Shown here: positions 19,444-28,715 of the stretch, in pieces
How positions within the stretch are numbered: position 1 is the first letter of the stretch
How the letters are laid out: each line of letters opens with the position of its first letter
Origin: Vulcanimicrobiota bacterium
Lineage (GTDB): Bacteria; Vulcanimicrobiota; Xenobia; Xenobiales; JADMJV01
Length of the DNA stretch: 64,000 nucleotides
NCBI GenBank assembly: GCA_050250895.1
Contig: JBFWNU010000003.1
Location: 170,986-234,985 of the forward strand
Reading direction: 5' to 3'
Notes under the pieces: generated by a model
Told to the model about the DNA's origin: nothing
Database searches by the model: none
The model's input: the letters and a program-made list of their open reading frames with translations, nothing else
Program-made: the position numbers and the translations under genes

Positions 19444-20136
19444 ATGAAAAATTCCAATCGACTCAATCGTCTCGATGGCGAGATACAATCCCCTGCGGGG
19501 CTGTCACCCGAGAGCGCCTGGAAGCCCGTCGGCGACCAGATGCAGCGAGCTTCCGATGTGTGGCTGGCGGGGGACCCCTTCGAGATGCTGAGCGGAGGTC
19601 ACCTGGAGTGGAAACGCAAGATCCAGGAGCGCCTGCAGGTGCCCAAAGACTCGAGCCTGGGACTGAGGATGCGCTTCGTGCCCGCCAACCGCGAGACCCG
19701 CCTTGACCTGCCGACCATGGTTCACGAAGTGCTCGAGGCCGTCGAGTCACCGGAGGACGGACGTCTGTTCGTTCACGCCGAGGTGACCGACGACACCGAG
19801 GCCGGACTGTACCTGGCTCACGACAATCGTCCCCCAGCGCTGACCACCCAGGTCTGGCTACATTCGGGCCACAAAGAGGGCCGGCTCAAGAGGCTCTCGG
19901 GACCGATCCACCTCAACCTGCTGTTCCACGATCCGGGAGTGCGCTTCGCGGGCTTGTGGCGTGACGGCACCATGGACTGGCTGCTGGGCATCGTGCACAC
20001 CATGCTCAACACCCAGCACAACGTGATTCAAGAACTCTCGCTGGCCCGTTCCAACGCTCGCCAGGGCGGCATCTCGATCGGAGCCGAACTGGTGCACCAA
20101 CTGGAAGGAGCCGGCCTCAAAGACCGTTTTGCTTGA
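19444..20136 (+). CDS. hypothetical protein
   Basis: AAGGTGGAGG RBS before the ATG (MKNSNRLNRL...); no recognised domain. Confidence 0.55.
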   Translation: MKNSNRLNRLDGEIQSPAGLSPESAWKPVGDQMQRASDVWLAGDPFEMLSGGHLEWKRKIQERLQVPKDSSLGLRMRFVPANRETRLDLPTMVHEVLEAVESPEDGRLFVHAEVTDDTEAGLYLAHDNRPPALTTQVWLHSGHKEGRLKRLSGPIHLNLLFHDPGVRFAGLWRDGTMDWLLGIVHTMLNTQHNVIQELSLARSNARQGGISIGAELVHQLEGAGLKDRFA

Positions 20137-21910
20137 TGAGGACGCTTTCGATGGGAGTTCCATCGATGTTCAGAGGACTGAGTTCCAGCCCTTCTTCCGT
20201 CTGGCTCAAGCGAAACCAGTCTGCGTAGGCGTGGCCCAACTCGGCCACCTCGGGACGAAATTCGTCCCACCGGGTGGGGAGGGGCTGGCCTTGCGATTGC
20301 AGTCGCTTGAGTTCGAGCAGGATGATCAGGGCTGCCAGTCCTCGCCGTTGACTTTCGGTCACCGAGAAGAACAGGCGAGGATGCTCGGCCAGGGGGGCCA
20401 TGCCGTGATCGTCCTCACCGGTGAGAGCGACCAGCTCTGACCGGGTCAGGGGCCTGGCCGAAGCCTCGGGCGGGAGCTTGGACAACGCCCGCCAAAAAGC
20501 ATTGTACTGATAGACCAGCAAACGACGCTGGAAGAAATGGTCCTCCGACACGGCCTCGGGGACCGTTCCTTTCACCCACTCGAGCAGTTCGGGCTGGGCT
20601 GAGGGAAGGCCCTGGGCCAGGTCGGTGCGCCGCAACGCCTTGTTGGTCCAGCGCTCCCAGGTGGCCGGAGGATAGTTGCCATCCCGGAACTGCGTCCACA
20701 GATCAAAGGGAGGAAAGGTCCCGGGCACGATGGTCTGGCGGACCAGTTCGACCTCGATGGCGCTCGGGGTGGCCACCGGGCTCCACCTGTCTTCGGGGGG
20801 CGCAAAATGGAACGACTCGAGCCCGAGCGCCCGGATGCTCAGCTTGTTCCAGGGGCGTTCCCCGTTCCATTCTGAATCGACGGCTTCCAACCAAAGCTGG
20901 CTCCATTGCCGGGCCTCTTCCAGATCTTTGACCCCGCCAGCCTCGTTGATGCGCACGATCACTGGGTGCTGTTCATAGGCCGCAGGCAGGTCTTCCAGGG
21001 ATGGGCTGGGCACCGCCTTCACGTCCAGCAATCCGGGGTCGTATTCCGTTTTGAGGCTGGCCAGCCAGACGGTGCTAACCAGGCCCCAGGCCACGGGCAC
21101 GATCAATGCGAGGCCCAAGACCCGTCGCCACCAGGTCTCGCCCTGATAGAGTGCCCAGGACCGTTGGTGGGCGACCATCATCGCCAGGCTACAGCCAAGC
21201 AGCCCTGCGGCCCAGCTTAAAGCCAGCAGACGCCCGTCGACTCTCAGAAAGACCTCGTCCAGGCTGTCGGCCCAGTTCCACAGGGTGAACTTTAACCCGA
21301 AACGCCAGTAGAGCTGCCCGGCCGTCAAGGTCGCCAGGGACCAGAAGGTGGCCACTGCGGCCAGCATCACCGCTCGCAGTCTGACTCGGGTGCTCCGCAG
21401 GTCCCGCCGCCAACCGCTCAACCACGGTCCGACCGCCAGCGCGAAGACCGTGGCGTTGACCAGGGCGAAGATGGCCGTGAAGGCCAACTGATTCGAACTG
21501 GCCACCTCGTCGCGGAAGTATGGCCAGGCCAGCGGCAGGCTGGCACCGAAGCCGGCAAACCAGCCGTTGAGCGCCATCTGCATCAACCGCCGCCGAAACG
21601 GCTGGCGTTCCACCTGGGGCTCGGTCTTGAGCCCCTTCTTGAGTTTGGCCAGCCACTTGTCCGACGGCTCATCCTCGGGCCTGGACTTCTGGCCGCCCAG
21701 GATCTGATCGAACCAGGCCCAGAACTGGGTCGACGGCCCCACCTCGTCGAGGTGCTCGAACATCGTCTGGTAGACCCGGCGAGCTTCATCGAGGTCGCCT
21801 CCGGTATGCCGGTGGGCCTGGTCGGCGGTGGCTTCCAGCAGTTGGTCGACCGAACCCGGCTCTTTGGCGGCCACCCAGCCCAGCAGCTGATCGGCTTCGC
21901 GGTCTTGCAT
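20117..21910 (-). CDS. hypothetical polytopic membrane protein (597 aa)
   Basis: Multiple hydrophobic helices in the central region, with soluble domains on either side; no motif assigned. Confidence 0.6.
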   Translation of the reverse strand: MQDREADQLLGWVAAKEPGSVDQLLEATADQAHRHTGGDLDEARRVYQTMFEHLDEVGPSTQFWAWFDQILGGQKSRPEDEPSDKWLAKLKKGLKTEPQVERQPFRRRLMQMALNGWFAGFGASLPLAWPYFRDEVASSNQLAFTAIFALVNATVFALAVGPWLSGWRRDLRSTRVRLRAVMLAAVATFWSLATLTAGQLYWRFGLKFTLWNWADSLDEVFLRVDGRLLALSWAAGLLGCSLAMMVAHQRSWALYQGETWWRRVLGLALIVPVAWGLVSTVWLASLKTEYDPGLLDVKAVPSPSLEDLPAAYEQHPVIVRINEAGGVKDLEEARQWSQLWLEAVDSEWNGERPWNKLSIRALGLESFHFAPPEDRWSPVATPSAIEVELVRQTIVPGTFPPFDLWTQFRDGNYPPATWERWTNKALRRTDLAQGLPSAQPELLEWVKGTVPEAVSEDHFFQRRLLVYQYNAFWRALSKLPPEASARPLTRSELVALTGEDDHGMAPLAEHPRLFFSVTESQRRGLAALIILLELKRLQSQGQPLPTRWDEFRPEVAELGHAYADWFRLSQTEEGLELSPLNIDGTPIESVLIKQNGL

Positions 21911-21985
21911 CCGGGCCTTTTCGCCAAAGACCTCTCGAAGTCATTGATCGCCAGGAGCAGCCTGGCCGAGCGGGAATGAGGGGGG

Positions 21986-24262
21986 ATGCGGTCGCGACTG
22001 GCCATCCCCGCGCTGGTATTGTGCGCGGGCTTTGCCGCCCTATCCTGGGAGGTCCTCTGGCAACTCGAGGCCTCACTGGCCCTGGGCGTGTCGGCCCTGG
22101 GCACGGCCATCACCCTGGCTACCACCATGGGCGGAATGTCGCTGGGCTCCCTGGCCATGGGTGCTTTTCTGCGTCACCGTCCCCCGACCCGACCGTTGCG
22201 GGTCTATGCGCTCCTCGAGGGCTGCATCGGAGTCTGCGGCCTGTTGCTCAAGCCGGGTTTTGCCCTGCTCGAACGCCTCGATTCGAGCTTTTACCTTTCT
22301 AGCCCGACCCTCACTCCCGCCCTGCATATGACCGGGATGGTCGTGGTGCTGGGGGTCCCGGCTATGGCCATGGGAGCCAGCGTGCCGGTCTTCGGTCTGG
22401 TGGCCGCCCGCTGCCAGACTTCGATCTCGCGGCTTTACGCGCTCAACACGGCCGGGGCGGCGGTGGGCTGCCTCGCGATCGCTCTGTTTCTCATTCGCAA
22501 GTTGGGGGTGAGCCACTGCGCCTGGCTGGCTGCCTCGCTCAATCTGGGGGTGGCTGTGGTGGCTTTCTTCCTGCCCGAAGACGAGGCGGTCGAGAGCGAG
22601 ACCTCTCTGGTTCGCCCCGCACCGCCCCCGGCGGCCGGTCTGATCGTGTTCCTGACCGGCTACGCCACCTTCGCCCTCGAAGTGGCCTGGTTCCGCTCGC
22701 TCCGCGCGGCCTTTCACAGCACCACCGAGAGCTTCGCGATCATGCTGGCGGCTGTGCTCATCGCCCTGGCTCTGGCGGCCGTGCTGGTGCCCATCCTGCA
22801 TCGGCGCATCCAACTGCCCCTGGTGTTGGCCCTGGCCGGGTTGGCCGTGCTGGTGGTCACTCCGCTGGTGGAACGCTTCGACCTGCTGCCCTCGGGGGGA
22901 GCTTACTGGTCGATGCTGGTCAGCTGGATGGGGCACTCCCTGCTGGTGTTGGGCACCCCGGTCTGCCTGCTGGGAATGGTCCTGCCCTGGGTGCTCGACG
23001 CCCAGACCACTCCGGCCGATTGGGCTCGCTGCTACGCCCTCAATACCTTCGGCGCTATTCTGGGAGCCATCTCGGCGGCCTGGCTGTGGCTGCCTCTGCT
23101 GGGATTCGCTCGCACTGCCTGGCTGGTGGGTGGGCTGGTGAGTCTGGCGGGTTGCTGGTTGCTGGCCGGCAAACTGCGCATCCCGCTGGCCCTGATGACT
23201 CTGGGCGCCCTGGCCTGCGCCGCTCGTTTCGAATCCGGAGTCGGCCGCCAGCGCATCCAGGGCCATCTCTCGTTCAAGAATTACAAGGTGCTGGCCGCCC
23301 ACGAGACGCCCGATTCGACCGTCTCCGCCGTCGAACTCAGCGATGGCGAGCGGGCCCTGGTCATCGACGGCTTCGAGGCGGCCGACGAGCGGCGCGAGAT
23401 GTCCCACTACATGGAGTGGATGGGCCGCCTACCGATGATTCTCCATCCTCACCCCGAACGCTCGCTCATCATCTGCTTTGGCACCGGTCAAACCACCAAT
23501 GGCGTGCGCCGCGAGGGGGACGGGAAGGTCGACGTGGTCGAACTTAATCGGGTGGTGCTCGAGATGGCTCCGCTTTTTACCGCCAACGAGGGGGTTTTGA
23601 CCGACCCCCGCGTCACCGCCCGGGCCATGGATGGGCGGGCCTGGCTGCGGCGCACCGACCAGACTTACGACGTGATTACCCTCGAGCCGATGCCGCCCAA
23701 CTTTGCCGGCGTCAACGCCCTCTATTCCCGCGAGTTTTACGCCCTGGCCCGCCAACGATTGGCGCCGGGAGGAGTGGTGGCCCAGTGGGTTCCTTTCCAT
23801 CTGCTGGCGCCCTATCACGCCACCTCCATCGCCCGTACCTTCCAGGATATCTTTCCCAACTCGGGCATGTGGATCGACCCGGTAGGCTTCACCGGCATTT
23901 TGGTCGGTTCGGTCGACGGTCCGCCCATCGGTCAGCAGTGGCCGGGGCTGGGTCGTGACATCGCGCGCAGCCTCACCGACGCCGAGGTCGAGCAGGCCAT
24001 GGTGCTCGGGCCCGAGGCCCTGCGTCGTTATGGCGCGCTGGGCGACGTGATCACCGACGACAATCAGCTGCTGGCCTACGGTGCCAGCACCCTGCTCAAG
24101 CAGAAGGTCGAGCACCTGCACGAATCCAACCTGGCCCTGCTCCACTGGGCCTCGAGCGACCCTCCGCCGGCCAACTTCTCGTCGCGCCCCATCCTGGAGT
24201 TGCGCACGACCCTCAGGGCCCGCCAGATCGATCCCGCTCCCGCCCCCAGCCCGAAATTCTGA
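21986..24262 (+). CDS. fused MFS-like membrane domain / spermidine synthase family protein
   Basis: N-terminal ~430 aa forms about 12 TM helices. The C-terminal aminopropyltransferase fold shows ICFGTGQTTNG...DVITLEPMPP...YSREFY... Confidence 0.85.
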   Translation: MRSRLAIPALVLCAGFAALSWEVLWQLEASLALGVSALGTAITLATTMGGMSLGSLAMGAFLRHRPPTRPLRVYALLEGCIGVCGLLLKPGFALLERLDSSFYLSSPTLTPALHMTGMVVVLGVPAMAMGASVPVFGLVAARCQTSISRLYALNTAGAAVGCLAIALFLIRKLGVSHCAWLAASLNLGVAVVAFFLPEDEAVESETSLVRPAPPPAAGLIVFLTGYATFALEVAWFRSLRAAFHSTTESFAIMLAAVLIALALAAVLVPILHRRIQLPLVLALAGLAVLVVTPLVERFDLLPSGGAYWSMLVSWMGHSLLVLGTPVCLLGMVLPWVLDAQTTPADWARCYALNTFGAILGAISAAWLWLPLLGFARTAWLVGGLVSLAGCWLLAGKLRIPLALMTLGALACAARFESGVGRQRIQGHLSFKNYKVLAAHETPDSTVSAVELSDGERALVIDGFEAADERREMSHYMEWMGRLPMILHPHPERSLIICFGTGQTTNGVRREGDGKVDVVELNRVVLEMAPLFTANEGVLTDPRVTARAMDGRAWLRRTDQTYDVITLEPMPPNFAGVNALYSREFYALARQRLAPGGVVAQWVPFHLLAPYHATSIARTFQDIFPNSGMWIDPVGFTGILVGSVDGPPIGQQWPGLGRDIARSLTDAEVEQAMVLGPEALRRYGALGDVITDDNQLLAYGASTLLKQKVEHLHESNLALLHWASSDPPPANFSSRPILELRTTLRARQIDPAPAPSPKF

Positions 24263-24315
24263 CACTTCTTACGCGAGCGCCAGGAGTCGGCGGGCCAAGT
24301 CGGTATTAGCCAGGC

Positions 24316-25098
24316 ATGAAAAAGCTTCTACCTCTTCTGCTTGCCCTGAGTCTGGGCGCCTCTGCCGACCACACCATCACCATGCGCACTACCTTCGCCG
24401 ACCCGGCCGCGGGGGGCATGAAGATGACCTCGACCACCCGCACCAAGAACAAGCGCCAGCGCGTCGAGGATGTGACCGAGATGAGCGGCTTCAAGATGTC
24501 CAACATCCGGCTGGTCATGTGCGACCTCGAGCAAGAGGCGCAACTCGACCCCGACAACAAGATCTATACCGTCCGCAGCATGAATCCCCTCACCTACATG
24601 AATCCCGATCCCAACAAGCAAACGCAGGTGAACAAAGGCACCGGCAAGATGTCGACCAACGTCAAGGTGCAGGACAAAGGGGTCGAGAAGGTGGCCCAGG
24701 TCAACGCTCACCACTGGATCGTCGACTCGCAGATGAAAGGCACCGGTTGCATCGGTAACTTCGATTACAAGAGCACCCGCGAGTTCTGGACCTCGGACCT
24801 GCCGTCGTTCTCCTGCCCCATCTACAACGGCTCCTGGACCAGCCAGACCATCAACGAGTGCAAGGTCACTAACGAGATGACCGGCGATGTGGCCAAGTTC
24901 ATGGAGGCGATGTCCCACGAGGTGGTCAAAGAAATCATCTATGTCGACGGCAAGCCGAGCATGACCCGCGAGCTGGTCGACTTTTCCAAAGCCGCTCTCG
25001 AGGATTCGCTGTTTAGCCTCGACGGCTATCGCAAGGTGTCTGACGCCGAATTTCAGGCGGCTCAGCAGAAGAAGATGATGGAGATGTACCAGCGTTGA
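24316..25098 (+). CDS. secreted/lipoprotein-like hypothetical protein
   Basis: Signal peptide MKKLLPLLLALSLGASA. Its 3' two-thirds are duplicated at 30253-30832. Confidence 0.7.
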   Translation: MKKLLPLLLALSLGASADHTITMRTTFADPAAGGMKMTSTTRTKNKRQRVEDVTEMSGFKMSNIRLVMCDLEQEAQLDPDNKIYTVRSMNPLTYMNPDPNKQTQVNKGTGKMSTNVKVQDKGVEKVAQVNAHHWIVDSQMKGTGCIGNFDYKSTREFWTSDLPSFSCPIYNGSWTSQTINECKVTNEMTGDVAKFMEAMSHEVVKEIIYVDGKPSMTRELVDFSKAALEDSLFSLDGYRKVSDAEFQAAQQKKMMEMYQR

Positions 25099-25583
25099 GG
25101 TGGCTCATCTGTATTCTCTTGGCGCTGGCCGCGCCGGGTTGGGCCCAACTGCGCGACCTGGACGGAGCGACCCATTCGGTGGCCGGGCTGGCCGCCGGGC
25201 AGAAAGCCACGGTGTTGGTGGTGTGGTGCAGTCGCTGTCACAGCTGCCGGGGCGTCGAGAACGATCTGGCCGCCTTCTCGCGCGACGGAGTCAGGCTGTT
25301 TGCGGTCGACCCGCATCCAGCCGACGACGCCCAGCGAGTGCGCTCGTTTCTGGCCGAGCAGGGCCTGAGTCTCGAGGTCTTGCTCGACTCTGACCAGAGC
25401 TTTCTGCGCCAGTATCAGATCGACCGCACCACCACCGCCCTGGTCTTCGACCAGACTGGAAAGCTTCGCTACTTCGGCCCCTTCCAAGACTATGCGGCGG
25501 AAGCCGTCGACGAGGTCCTGGGCGGGCAAGAGGTTACGGTGTCGACTCGTCCATTGCAGGGGTGCCCGATTCCTCGCCCTTAG
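25095..25583 (+). CDS. thioredoxin-like (TlpA/redoxin family) periplasmic protein
   Basis: Signal peptide plus WCSRCHSC (CxxC) in a thioredoxin-like context. Confidence 0.75.
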   Translation: MRWLICILLALAAPGWAQLRDLDGATHSVAGLAAGQKATVLVVWCSRCHSCRGVENDLAAFSRDGVRLFAVDPHPADDAQRVRSFLAEQGLSLEVLLDSDQSFLRQYQIDRTTTALVFDQTGKLRYFGPFQDYAAEAVDEVLGGQEVTVSTRPLQGCPIPRP

Positions 25584-25659
25584 GATAAGTGGACCCATTC
25601 GGGCCATTTCTAGGGCCATGCGCAGGAACCCCTCCGGACTGCGGGAAGAACGGTATTCG

Positions 25660-26820
25660 ATGAACTTCGTTTATCTGTCCCCCCATTTTCCCCCGAATTA
25701 CCAGGCCTTTTGTATCGAGCTGCGTTTGCAGGGGGCGAATGTGCTGGGTCTGGCCGAGGCTCCGTATGATTCTCTCTCGCCCCGTTTGCGCAACGTCTTG
25801 ACCGAGTATTATCGGGTCGACGACATGCACGACTATGATCAGCTGGTGCGGGCGTTGGGCTATTTCACGCACCAGTACGGCAAAATCGACCGGCTCGAAT
25901 CGCACGCCGAGTACTGGCTCGAGACCGAGGCCAGGCTGCGCACCGACTTCAACATCACCGGTCTGCGCGCCCACGACCTGCCCACCATGAAGCGCAAGTC
26001 GCTGATGAAGCAGAAGTTCATCGAGGCCGGCGTCGAGGTGGTTCGCGGCGAGGTCGCCCGCGATCGCAATCACGCCCTCAAGATCGCTAAGAAGCTGGGC
26101 TTTCCGCTGGTGGCCAAGCCCGACATCGGGGTGGGAGCGGCCGGAACTTTTCGTTTCGACGATGCCGACGCTTTGAGCGCGTTCTACGAGCAGAGCCATC
26201 CTCACGACTACATCCTCGAGCAATACATCGACGGCGTGTTGACCAGCTTCGATGGCCTGGTCGACCGCGATGGCAAGCCGGTGTTGCTGGCCTCGCACGT
26301 GTTCTCGGACGGAATCATGGACGTGGTCAGCCAGGACCTCGACATGTTTTACTACTCCGAGCGCGAGCTGCCCCAGGACCTCGAGCAGGCCGGCCGGGCG
26401 GTGCTGGCCGCCTATGGCCTGACCGAACGATTCTTCCATTTCGAGTTCATCCGTCGCCACAGCGACCAGAAGCTGGTCGGCCTCGAGGTCAACATGCGCC
26501 CGCCGGGAGGGTTGACCACCGACATGTTCAACTTCGCCAACGACATCGATATCTATCGCCAGTGGGCCCGAGTGGTAGTGGGCAAGTCGTTCGAACCCGA
26601 TCCGGCCCGGCCGTTTCATTGCTGCTACATCGGTCGCAAGGACAACCGCACCTACCGCCACGACCACGATCAGGTGTTGGCCCGGGCGGGCGACTTGCTG
26701 TGCCACGAGGAGCGGGTCCAATCGGTCTTTCGGGGGGCCATCGGGGATCACGGCTATCTGCTACGTTCACCCCAATTGAACGACTTGCTAGAGGTAGCCA
26801 ACTACGCTTTGGAGAGCTAG
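25660..26820 (+). CDS. ATP-grasp domain ligase
   Basis: KKLGFPLVAKPDIGVGAAG...EQYIDG...GLEVNMRPPGG is the ATP-grasp fold pattern. Confidence 0.8.
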   Translation: MNFVYLSPHFPPNYQAFCIELRLQGANVLGLAEAPYDSLSPRLRNVLTEYYRVDDMHDYDQLVRALGYFTHQYGKIDRLESHAEYWLETEARLRTDFNITGLRAHDLPTMKRKSLMKQKFIEAGVEVVRGEVARDRNHALKIAKKLGFPLVAKPDIGVGAAGTFRFDDADALSAFYEQSHPHDYILEQYIDGVLTSFDGLVDRDGKPVLLASHVFSDGIMDVVSQDLDMFYYSERELPQDLEQAGRAVLAAYGLTERFFHFEFIRRHSDQKLVGLEVNMRPPGGLTTDMFNFANDIDIYRQWARVVVGKSFEPDPARPFHCCYIGRKDNRTYRHDHDQVLARAGDLLCHEERVQSVFRGAIGDHGYLLRSPQLNDLLEVANYALES

Positions 26821-27552
26821 ATGTACGAAACCCATCGCTGGTGGAGCCCCCACCTGGGGCAAGACATGGAATTTCGGGTCTACGGCCATGCTGGCAAGCC
26901 CGCCATCGTCTTCCCTTCGCAAGAGGGGCGTTTCTTCGAGTATCACGACTTCGGCATGGTCGAGGCGGTCAAGCCGTGGCTCGACCAGGGCCGGTTGCGC
27001 CTGGTCACGGTCGATGGCATCGACGGCCAGAGCTGGCTTAACAACGACATTCATCCTCACCATCGCGCTTTGCGGGCTCACGCTTACGACGCCTACATCA
27101 TGAACGAGATCGTGCCGTTCGTCGAAGCCATGGCTCCCGATCAGGGCATCATGCTCACGGGTTGCTCGATGGGTGGTTACCACTCGGCCAACGTCTTTTT
27201 CCGCCACCCCGGCCGCTTCGACACTTTGATCGCCATCAGCGGAGTCTATCGGCTGATGCTGTTCATTGGCGACTACATGGACGAGGAGGTCTACTTCCAC
27301 GTGCCCCTGGCCTACCTGCCCAACCTGCACGACCCGGCGGCGCTCGAGGCTATGCGCCGAGCCCGCATCGTGGTGGTGGTGGGTCAGGGAGCCTGGGAGC
27401 ACGACATGGTCCACGACACCCGCGCCCTCGAGCAGATCCTCCAGTCCAAGAACGTCCCGGCCCGCTTTGACTATTGGGGCCACGATGTCGACCACGACTG
27501 GCCCTGGTGGCGCAAGATGATGCCCCACTTCCTGACCGAACTGGGCATCTAA
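26821..27552 (+). CDS. esterase family alpha/beta hydrolase
   Basis: GCSMGGYHS nucleophile elbow in a putative-esterase context; start abuts the ATP-grasp stop. Confidence 0.8.
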   Translation: MYETHRWWSPHLGQDMEFRVYGHAGKPAIVFPSQEGRFFEYHDFGMVEAVKPWLDQGRLRLVTVDGIDGQSWLNNDIHPHHRALRAHAYDAYIMNEIVPFVEAMAPDQGIMLTGCSMGGYHSANVFFRHPGRFDTLIAISGVYRLMLFIGDYMDEEVYFHVPLAYLPNLHDPAALEAMRRARIVVVVGQGAWEHDMVHDTRALEQILQSKNVPARFDYWGHDVDHDWPWWRKMMPHFLTELGI

Positions 27553-27723
27553 CCCTGAGCGGCCTCTCTGGCCGCTTTCAACCTCGGCATGAGGCTGGGG
27601 TGTAAAGTACCGAGCTTCGGGTTCTGCCCGTGGCGCGGACGAGGTGGGACCGCAAACCATTGTCAATTTGCCTCTTTGGATATCAAGAAGATGTCATGTG
27701 AGGAGCGGTTTGTCCACTTCGGA

Positions 27724-28278
27724 TTATTTGAAGGGCAATTGGATGCTGGTCGTGGTTTGCGACGTCTGGTCGCGGCTCTGGCCCGAAGCTCCGCGGATGG
27801 TGGTGCTGCCTTCGATGGTGGCGGTCACCACCGTGTCGGACAGGCGGTCGACCTCGAAGCTGCTGATTTGCCGTCCCAGGATTCGCTGGGGCGCGGCGCC
27901 ATAGACACTTTCCAGCACCAGCGTCTCGGGGCCGGCCACCTGACGGATGCGAAAGAGTTCATAAACGGGGCTGCGCGGATCGAAGGGAGTGGCCGGGTCC
28001 ATCAGCTCGGCCGGGGCACAGAAGATGACCTCAGAAGCGGTAGCGCCTACTCCAGGAGCATAGATCGCGGTCTGGATTTCGCTGGGGGCGACCGCCGAGC
28101 GCAAGATCAGGCTGCTGCGTTTGGTGGCTTCGCGCAATTGGATCTCCATCTCGACTCGCTGCGTGCCCTGATGGCTGGAAGCGATGAAGCCTCTGAGGGC
28201 AAAGGCGAACATGGCTCCGATGATGCTCAAGAGAGCGACCGACACCAGCAGTTCAGCGATGGTAAAGCCTCGCCTCAT
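27724..28278 (-). CDS. type IV pilin-like (pseudopilin) protein
   Basis: MRRGFTIAELLVSVALLSII is a prepilin-type N-terminal cleavage/methylation motif. Confidence 0.8.
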   Translation of the reverse strand: MRRGFTIAELLVSVALLSIIGAMFAFALRGFIASSHQGTQRVEMEIQLREATKRSSLILRSAVAPSEIQTAIYAPGVGATASEVIFCAPAELMDPATPFDPRSPVYELFRIRQVAGPETLVLESVYGAAPQRILGRQISSFEVDRLSDTVVTATIEGSTTIRGASGQSRDQTSQTTTSIQLPFK

Positions 28279-28715
28279 GGAGCCCGATGCAATCCTTTGA
28301 GAGTCACCCCGTGCTCGACGCCTTTACTTTCCCAATAGAGATTGACCGTGACTTCGAAGAGAAGATAGCCGTAGTTGGCGGGATTGGTGTCCTGTCGAAC
28401 CATCTGGAGGTTGCGGGTGTAGCCGGTGCCGGCCGGAAAATTGGCCGTGAAGGGAGCGGCCTCGAGGGCCACGCGAGCGTTGATGGGGTCATTGATAGGA
28501 GCCACCTCGGGAAGGTTGCCGACCCGAACCAGATCGAGCACCTGTCGCGCCACACCCAGGGCTTCATCGGTCTTGGCCGCCTGCTGGGCGCCGCGAAAAG
28601 CCGAGATGATCACTCCCAGCAAAGCCAGCAGCACCAGGCCAAGCACGGCCACGGCCACGATGGTTTCGAGCAGACTCAGGCCACGCGGCGATTTCACAGC
28701 GGCGCCTCGTGCCAA
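28275..28715 (-). CDS. type IV pilin-like (pseudopilin) protein
   Basis: RGLSLLETIVAVAVLGLVLL is a prepilin-type N-terminus; overlaps the neighbouring genes by 4 nt. Confidence 0.8.
   Translation of the reverse strand: MARGAAVKSPRGLSLLETIVAVAVLGLVLLALLGVIISAFRGAQQAAKTDEALGVARQVLDLVRVGNLPEVAPINDPINARVALEAAPFTANFPAGTGYTRNLQMVRQDTNPANYGYLLFEVTVNLYWESKGVEHGVTLKGLHRAP

Noticed and set aside
25492-25659. Upstream extension of the ATP-grasp ORF (MRRKPS...)
   Set aside because: It overlaps the redoxin gene 3' end in another frame. MNFVYLSPHF is a natural pre-ATP-grasp N-terminus.
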